Positions 26,459 to 32,000 of a stretch of DNA of 32,000 nucleotides are shown here, in pieces. This DNA comes from Opitutales bacterium (GTDB lineage: Bacteria; Verrucomicrobiota; Verrucomicrobiia; Opitutales; PNEW01). The position numbers were made by a program, and so were the translations under genes. A model generated the notes under the pieces. It saw only the letters and a program-made list of their open reading frames with translations, ran no database searches and had not been told where the DNA came from. How positions within the stretch are numbered: the first letter of the stretch is position 1; every line of letters starts with the position of its first letter. The stretch lies in contig CBDCNV010000002.1 in NCBI GenBank assembly GCA_965219535.1, positions 360,001-392,000 of the forward strand, read 5' to 3'.

Positions 26459-28240
26459 TTAACGCACCCGATAAAATTTTTCCAATCCCTCTTGTGACAG
26501 GTAGTGTGGCGAGCTGACGACGAACAATCCTTTATCATGGTTTCTGTTCACAATCTTCATAATCAACTTGATACCGCGTTCTATCGCCTTGCGATCACCG
26601 GATCGCTGATACTGTTGCAACTCCAAGTGTTTATCCAACACACGTGTGGCAACACTTAAACGCTTCATCAGTTCAACGCGGTTCCGATTGCCCTGGCATG
26701 CCCGCAGTGCCTGGCGCAACAGACCTGCGCAAGATCGGAGTTGTATGCGGCCCTGCTCAACTTCCGGAGGGTCCGGATTGACATCGAATAGCCGGGTGCT
26801 GCGGGTGGTGACCTTCGACAGAGACCAGAACCATTGGGACATAGCATCGACTGCCGTTCCGAAACGCACCGCACAGTAGTCCTGGACAAGAGCATTAACG
26901 TCCTGCGACGTTTCGGCGGAAAGGTGGGCGTGCAGGTAATGTTGCAATTCATAAGTCAGCCAGTCACCGGGTTCACTGTACATGCCGATACCAGCCACTC
27001 CGCGGTCACGCAGGTAGGACATCTCGGCCCACATCAAGCCGGGGAATATGACTGGCTTCGACATCCAGAAATATTTACGGTAGTAGGAGTAAAAGGAGAT
27101 CGGCCCGTCGTGTTTGCGGATCCACTGTCTCAATTCTTTAAGGTGTGAGGGATTATGTTTTATGGTCGGGTCGAAGATCGGCTCCCGGTAAGATTGAAAG
27201 AACGGCGCGATATCAATCATAACATTGGAAGGTATACGCAAGTTCTCCGGGTAGTTGGCATGGTTGTGATAAGCCGTGGTCGAGAGCATGACGGGCAGTT
27301 TCTGGCGTCTGAGAGCCCGCCAGACCGCCCGGGTCACTAAGCCTTGACGCCGCGAGGGTGAGCCCTGGCGACGAGATGCCGAATCCCCGCTCCAGCGCGT
27401 TCCGTCCGGTGGCCACAGGGCGAAGATATCTATCTCGGGGTGTTCTCGCAGCCATGACACGACGCGGCTTACAAAGGTTCGCATCGCGGTTGGATTCGCG
27501 GTGTTGAAAACAGCGTGGGGATCTTTACTGCGTTTACCGTTCAACAAGGCAAACCAGTCGGGGTGTTCGTCGAAAAACATCTCGTGATGTAGGAAATTTT
27601 CGTAGCCGTGACCGCCAACTTCGATAACCAGTCCTCTTCGTTGAGCTTCGGGAGCGAGTGTCTCACGCACGTCATCCCAGCGAAACCGGTTTTCATGTTG
27701 GTAATTCAACGGTGCGCTGAGAACATTGAGACGGTTCTTCGCCATCCACTCGATAAGGGCGACAGTATTTGAAAGGGTGTGAGTCCGGGCTTCTTCAATC
27801 AATTTCTTGCGGTAGATAAAAGTCGGCTCCCAAATTCGTTTACCCAATGCCGGTTCGAATTGTTTGAGCCGTGGTACATGCTCGTGACCAATACCGCGGT
27901 AGAAGTCATAGTGCGGGGCGAACCAGCGGCAGCCCAACTCCTCGAGAAAACTATAGACCGCGTAGACCGCAGCCCTCGATGTTTGTCCCTGCAAGCGCAC
28001 CCGATCTTGTCGAACCATAATCTCGAAAGCGTCATCGGCTCGCGCAATTGGAACCTGTCGCTTCGGTCGCCGCCGGACTTCGATCGAGATCTCACGCGCC
28101 GCCGTTTGTGTGGAACGCAGGATACGCACATCGTGACGATAGATACGCTTAAGATATTTAGCGAGTTCCTCGGCCGCAAATTGTTCAGGCTCGGATGCCT
28201 TCGGGGCCAGGCGAATTCTCGTGGGAATCTTCATTATCAA
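26459..28240 (-). CDS. DUF4838-like (glycoside-hydrolase-like TIM barrel) protein
   Basis: 593 aa. N-terminal AAEELAKYLKRI module, then HGYENFL...FDEHPDWFALLNGKRS...NTANP as I recall for DUF4838 proteins. Confidence 0.55.
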   Translation of the reverse strand: MIMKIPTRIRLAPKASEPEQFAAEELAKYLKRIYRHDVRILRSTQTAAREISIEVRRRPKRQVPIARADDAFEIMVRQDRVRLQGQTSRAAVYAVYSFLEELGCRWFAPHYDFYRGIGHEHVPRLKQFEPALGKRIWEPTFIYRKKLIEEARTHTLSNTVALIEWMAKNRLNVLSAPLNYQHENRFRWDDVRETLAPEAQRRGLVIEVGGHGYENFLHHEMFFDEHPDWFALLNGKRSKDPHAVFNTANPTAMRTFVSRVVSWLREHPEIDIFALWPPDGTRWSGDSASRRQGSPSRRQGLVTRAVWRALRRQKLPVMLSTTAYHNHANYPENLRIPSNVMIDIAPFFQSYREPIFDPTIKHNPSHLKELRQWIRKHDGPISFYSYYRKYFWMSKPVIFPGLMWAEMSYLRDRGVAGIGMYSEPGDWLTYELQHYLHAHLSAETSQDVNALVQDYCAVRFGTAVDAMSQWFWSLSKVTTRSTRLFDVNPDPPEVEQGRIQLRSCAGLLRQALRACQGNRNRVELMKRLSVATRVLDKHLELQQYQRSGDRKAIERGIKLIMKIVNRNHDKGLFVVSSPHYLSQEGLEKFYRVR

Positions 28241-28294
28241 TTTTCAGTGGAAAGTGTGCACAGTGATGAAATTAAAAACATTTGAATCCCCTCT

Positions 28295-28334
28295 TGTCAT
28301 TGCGAGGGAAGCTGAAAGCTGACCGCGGCAAACC
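28295..28334 (+). repeat. copy alpha of the 'TGTCATTGCGAGG...' repeat family
   Basis: TGTCATTGCGAGGGAAGCTGAAAGCTGACCGCGGCAAACC. Confidence 0.55.
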
Positions 28335-28477
28335 AGGCGAATAGACATTGTGTATACGAATACCATTATCCGTTCAGATTTTTCTCATGAGGAATCGTCT
28401 CTTCAATTAAATTAATCGTTTAATTAAGAGTAAATCTTAACATCCAGTGAGCAACATCATACAATAGACATCCCCCT

Positions 28478-28545
28478 GGATTGGATGATGTCTACCCGCA
28501 GTTGCGGTTCTCGGTAGCCGTGTCGCTACGCTCCTCGCAATGACA
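28478..28545 (-). repeat. copy beta of the same repeat family, inverted relative to alpha
   Basis: The minus strand reads TGTCATTGCGAGGAGCGTAGCGACACGGCTACCGAGAACCGCAACTGCGGGTAGACATCATCCAATCC. It equals gamma plus a ~22-nt internal segment. Confidence 0.55.
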
Positions 28546-28692
28546 AAGTGGGGTGGAGCGGGCAACCTGTCCGACATAGCCTTGGCGACGGCTGTCCCAA
28601 GCGCGCTTCTTCCTCTCTCAAATACAATAAATCTATATTGCTAACATACTGCAATTAGGGATATAATTCTAATAAGAAAAGAACACTCAAAC

Positions 28693-29520
28693 ATGATTGC
28701 ACAGCAGATCTTAAGTGAAGAGCAGGTAAATCGATTCGATGCGGATGGAGTTGTTACCGTCGACAGTCCATTCACCCCCGAGGAAATTGAAGTCGTCGCT
28801 AAACTCATGGATGAAATGCTGCCATATGAGGAGAGCAAAAAAGAGGGCTATGATGCCACACGCGTCACCCGTGATATCATGTGTAAGGGTGGTAGATTAT
28901 ATGAATACTATCATCCCGCGCTGCTGAACATTTACCAGCATCCATTTATTGAAGGGGCCGCTAAACAATTATTATTCACCAATGAGGTAACGTTTCACGG
29001 TATCGCGATGAGTAAGACTTATCCCCTTCGCATATCGAGAAAAGTTTTGGGAGAGCATCTTGACAATAAATATAGTTATACAGAATTTACGGCCCGTCCG
29101 CGACGCGTCGGGATATCAGCATTGATTTATTTTACCGACGTTAATCCAGAACGTGCGCCGTTTAAATTCTGGCCGGGAAGTCATATCCCGATCGGCAAGT
29201 ATTACGACGATCATCCGGATTTACTGGATTACGAAGGGGCACCAAGGGCTGAATTACCTGATCTCCCTTTTGGTGAACCAAGAAAAATTTTAGCCAATGC
29301 CGGCCAAATCACATTCTTTTATAACTCGATATTACACGGCGCTTCTGAAAACACGGATACCGAGGCACGCAAGGTTATCTATCTTGGCTTGAAGCCGAAA
29401 GATCTTGAATACAGGGTTGGAATATATACGAGGAGCAAAGACGAGTTGAAGAATTTCTACAAAGAAATGATCCACCATTTACCCGCCGACCGTCAGCATC
29501 TTGTTCCCGAAATTAATTGA
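28693..29520 (+). CDS. PhyH-family 2OG/Fe(II) oxygenase (P7)
   Basis: LSEEQVNRFDADGVVTV start. HxD as EHLDN. LIYFTDVNPERAPFKFWPGSH. Distal His in SILHGASEN. Confidence 0.75.
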   Translation: MIAQQILSEEQVNRFDADGVVTVDSPFTPEEIEVVAKLMDEMLPYEESKKEGYDATRVTRDIMCKGGRLYEYYHPALLNIYQHPFIEGAAKQLLFTNEVTFHGIAMSKTYPLRISRKVLGEHLDNKYSYTEFTARPRRVGISALIYFTDVNPERAPFKFWPGSHIPIGKYYDDHPDLLDYEGAPRAELPDLPFGEPRKILANAGQITFFYNSILHGASENTDTEARKVIYLGLKPKDLEYRVGIYTRSKDELKNFYKEMIHHLPADRQHLVPEIN

Positions 29521-29566
29521 AATTTAACGAGGGAATAGATTGGAATAGCGGAAATAGATCCACCGC

Positions 29567-31105
29567 TTAATGACCACTTGATTTTTCAGCACCAATACCC
29601 GTTTGAGCGCGGACATACTGCGCATCAAATGCTTCATTTTCCCGTTTAGCGCGTTTGGATCTATCGGTAATGGAGAAAAACCAGATACCTGCAAACGCGG
29701 CCGTTACAGAAAAGAGGGCCGGATACTTATAAGGGAAGATAGGATCAGAATTGCCCAGAATCTGCACCCAGACAATAGGGCCAAGAATAACAAGGAGCAC
29801 GGCAGAGGCCAGGCCAAGCGAACCACCAATCACCGCACCGCGGGTTGTCAGCTTTTTCCAATACATGGAAAGAATAAGAATCGGGAAGTTGGCACTGGCT
29901 GCGATGGCAAAAGCGAGACCAACCATAAAAGCGATATTCTGTTTTTCAAAGGCGATACCCAGTGAAATGGCAATGATGCCCAGGACGACGGTTGCAATTT
30001 TTGAAACGCGCATCTCTTTCATTTCATCATGATTGCCATCCTTGAACACATTAGCATAAAGGTCATGAGATATGGCTGATGCACCCGCCAAAGTCAGGCC
30101 TGATACGACGGCAAGAATAGTGGCAAAGGCGACAGCTGAGATGAAACCTAAGAAAATGTCGCCCCCAACGGCGTGACTCAAATGAATAGCAGCCATATTG
30201 TTGCCGCCAATAAGGACCCCATCATTGAGATAGAGGGGGTTGGCGGAGACCATAACAATAGCACCGAAGCCAATGATAAATGTGAGGATATAAAAATACC
30301 CAATAAAACCAGTGGCGAAGAATACCGAACGTCGCGCCTGTTTAGCGTCGGTGACGGTGAAAAAGCGCATAAGGATATGGGGTAATCCGGCGGTGCCAAA
30401 CATCAGCGCGATGCCCAGAGAAATGGCCGATATGGGATCAGACACGAGACCGCCGGGAGACATAATAGCGAGGCCGTTTTTATGTGTCTCTACAGCAGAC
30501 TTAAATAAGCTTTCGAAATTGAAATTGAAGTGCCAAGCCACGGCGAGTGCAATAAAGCTTGCGCCTGAAAGGAGTAGCACCGCTTTAATAATCTGTACCC
30601 AGGTGGTGGCAATCATACCGCCAAATGCGACGTAGAGGACCATCAATGTCCCGACGATAACCACCGCGGCTTCGTAAGGCAACCCGAACAGAAGTTGGAT
30701 AAGTTTACCCGAACCTACCATTTGGGCGATCAGGTAGAGGATAACGGTGGCAATACCACCGAATGCCGCCAGTGTTCGGATGGGTTTTTGGCTTAAGCGG
30801 TAGGAAGTGACATCAGCAAAAGTATATTTGCCAAGATTGCGAAGTTGCTCGGCAATCAAAAATAAAATAATAGGCCAGCCGACGAGAAACCCTATTGAAT
30901 AAATCAGACCGTCGTAACCGCTTAAAAAAACGAGTCCAGAAATACCGAGGAAAGAAGCGGCTGACATATAATCACCGGCGATAGCCAGTCCGTTTTGTAG
31001 CCCGGTGATATTACCCCCAGCAGCGTAGAAGTGTTTTGCTGTTTTTGTCTGACGTGCCGCCCAGTAGGTGATGCCCAGCGTTGCCCCGACAAAGGCAAAG
31101 AACAT
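29567..31105 (-). CDS. actP: cation/acetate symporter ActP (sodium:solute symporter family)
   Basis: Long stretches match E. coli ActP as I recall it, for example [46 protein letters not shown] and [15 protein letters not shown]. Confidence 0.9.
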   Translation of the reverse strand: MFFAFVGATLGITYWAARQTKTAKHFYAAGGNITGLQNGLAIAGDYMSAASFLGISGLVFLSGYDGLIYSIGFLVGWPIILFLIAEQLRNLGKYTFADVTSYRLSQKPIRTLAAFGGIATVILYLIAQMVGSGKLIQLLFGLPYEAAVVIVGTLMVLYVAFGGMIATTWVQIIKAVLLLSGASFIALAVAWHFNFNFESLFKSAVETHKNGLAIMSPGGLVSDPISAISLGIALMFGTAGLPHILMRFFTVTDAKQARRSVFFATGFIGYFYILTFIIGFGAIVMVSANPLYLNDGVLIGGNNMAAIHLSHAVGGDIFLGFISAVAFATILAVVSGLTLAGASAISHDLYANVFKDGNHDEMKEMRVSKIATVVLGIIAISLGIAFEKQNIAFMVGLAFAIAASANFPILILSMYWKKLTTRGAVIGGSLGLASAVLLVILGPIVWVQILGNSDPIFPYKYPALFSVTAAFAGIWFFSITDRSKRAKRENEAFDAQYVRAQTGIGAEKSSGH

Positions 31106-31142
31106 GATAATAGCCGCGATATTTAAGTCGTCCTGAATACCT

Positions 31143-31451
31143 TTATCCTTCTAGTTCTTTTTTGATCGCGTTAGTAAGGACATCAAATTCTGTATTGGCG
31201 CGGTGGACGTAGATGCCGGTCAGTGCAAACGCAATGACGATGATACCTACCCCAACAGGAATACCCAGTGTCATGACGTTGTTGCCGATCGGTGTTCCCA
31301 GTGTTTCAGGGCTGAACGCGATGAGCAGAATAAAGGTAAAGTAAATAACGAGTATAATTATGGACAGCGTCCAGGCAAAGGCGCTGCGTTTACTAACCAG
31401 TGTTTCAAACTTGGGATTCTGCTTTATTTTTTCTGCGACATCTGGCGACAT
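31143..31451 (-). CDS. yjcH: DUF485 (YjcH-like) small inner-membrane protein
   Basis: 102 aa with two hydrophobic helices. It sits immediately upstream of actP on the same strand, as in the E. coli yjcH-actP arrangement. Confidence 0.75.
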   Translation of the reverse strand: MSPDVAEKIKQNPKFETLVSKRSAFAWTLSIIILVIYFTFILLIAFSPETLGTPIGNNVMTLGIPVGVGIIVIAFALTGIYVHRANTEFDVLTNAIKKELEG

Positions 31452-31591
31452 AGCGACACTCCTATTGTGAAGCGTTTAATATTAACAAAAAGCTAAAAAA
31501 AGAAAGAAGTTTTTTGAATGACTCATAGGCGAAAATGTGGTGACATCTTCGGTTTTCCACTCCATTTAGGGGGTCTGACTAAAAAGCCATC

Positions 31592-32000
31592 ATGATATCG
31601 GATCTCGACGTCTATCTCTTTGATCTTCGCGGTTACTTGGTATTGGAGCGTGCCATTGAACCGGATCACGTGAAAGAAATGAACACGATACTCGACGAAC
31701 TGCGCCAGCTCAAACCGGGAGAATGGCACGGTTACGTTCATGGGCATGTTTTTCAATCGACGAAGGAGGGGATCAATCTGCAACAGATTTATGAAGGGGG
31801 CGAACCTTTCGAACGGCTCATCGACAATCCTTCATGGATAGAACATGTGAAGACCTTTGTTGGTGGTCAGAATTCTTTCGACTCCCAACACGGGCCGCTA
31901 TTTATCGATGAAAACTTTGCCAATATACGGGGACCGGGTGAATCTATTGGGCTACACTCTGGTCCTGTACCTTGGGTGAAGCGATGCCAGTTTCATGTTC
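31592..32000 (+). CDS. PhyH-like oxygenase (P8), 3' end outside the window, HxG (LHSG) variant
   Basis: Not in the ORF track because it runs off the window. ATG at 31592: MISDLDVYLFDLRGYLVLERAIEPDHVKEMNTILDEL...FIDENFANIRGPGESIGLHSGPVPW. Same subfamily as P6. Confidence 0.7.
   Translation, partial: MISDLDVYLFDLRGYLVLERAIEPDHVKEMNTILDELRQLKPGEWHGYVHGHVFQSTKEGINLQQIYEGGEPFERLIDNPSWIEHVKTFVGGQNSFDSQHGPLFIDENFANIRGPGESIGLHSGPVPWVKRCQFHV

Noticed and set aside
29567-31451. yjcH-actP pair as part of a novel system with the flanking PhyH genes
   Set aside because: This is the standard conserved acetate-permease gene pair. Only the acs gene usually found upstream in E. coli is absent, and nothing in the sequence links the pair functionally to its neighbours.
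31523-31783. 86-aa minus-strand ORF
   Set aside because: It is fully overlapped on the opposite strand by the PhyH-like gene P8, which has clear family motifs. The minus-strand ORF has no recognisable features.
1-32000. Genome-wide UGA reassignment as the explanation for the in-frame TGA codons in ISa
   Set aside because: Host genes in the window clearly terminate at TGA (for example P5 at 23153-23155 and the Gfo/Idh/MocA gene at 17781-17783). No other long gene needs TGA read-through to stay intact.
1-32000. CRISPR arrays, rRNA genes, and integrase or recombinase genes flanking the island
   Set aside because: I saw no regularly spaced short direct repeats. No ORF has tyrosine- or serine-recombinase motifs. 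I found no repeat of the tRNA 3' end that would mark an att site.

Overview
The window has two parts.

Bases 1-1172 hold the conserved left edge: the 3' end of atpC, an HpcH/HpaI-family aldolase, and a tRNA with a CAT anticodon that looks like tRNA-Ile2.

Bases ~1173-15758 form a visibly AT-rich accessory island between that tRNA and a tRNA-Arg(TCG) at 16455-16531. I found no integrase. IS3-family elements that look like the IS407 group have heavily reworked it:
- Three near-identical 1345-bp copies of one element, here called ISa.
- One 1287-bp copy of a related element, here called ISb.
- A 335-bp internally deleted mini-ISb.
- At least four solo end remnants.

The island cargo is mostly broken or orphan genes:
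- a SAM methyltransferase
- a P63C-domain fragment
- a membrane protein
- a HEPN-like ORF that starts on an IS-derived ATG
- a DUF2971-like gene split into two halves on opposite strands by an IS insertion followed by an inversion
- an M3 oligoendopeptidase F
- a GNAT fragment
- a truncated unknown ORF followed by a glycine-zipper lipoprotein

From 15.76 kb to the end the sequence is higher-GC. It carries eight divergent PhyH-family (phytanoyl-CoA dioxygenase-like, 2OG/Fe(II)) paralogs, three of them damaged or truncated. Two show HxG where the canonical HxD iron-binding motif is expected. They are interleaved with a Gfo/Idh/MocA oxidoreductase (in-frame TAA), an SDR reductase, a frameshifted BNR/sialidase-like protein, a DUF4838-like glycosidase-like protein, a HAD hydrolase, a VOC/glyoxalase protein, a HEAT-repeat protein and a yjcH-actP pair.

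I see no CRISPR array, rRNA or recognisable complete defence system. The best candidates for novelty are:
- the PhyH paralog array and its HxG members
- ISa, which carries the same two in-frame TGA codons in all three copies, each inside a short in-frame insertion that resembles an intergenic 'TGTCATTGCGAGG' repeat family
- the reconstructable history of IS-driven rearrangement

All family assignments rest on motifs recognised by eye. No searches were run.
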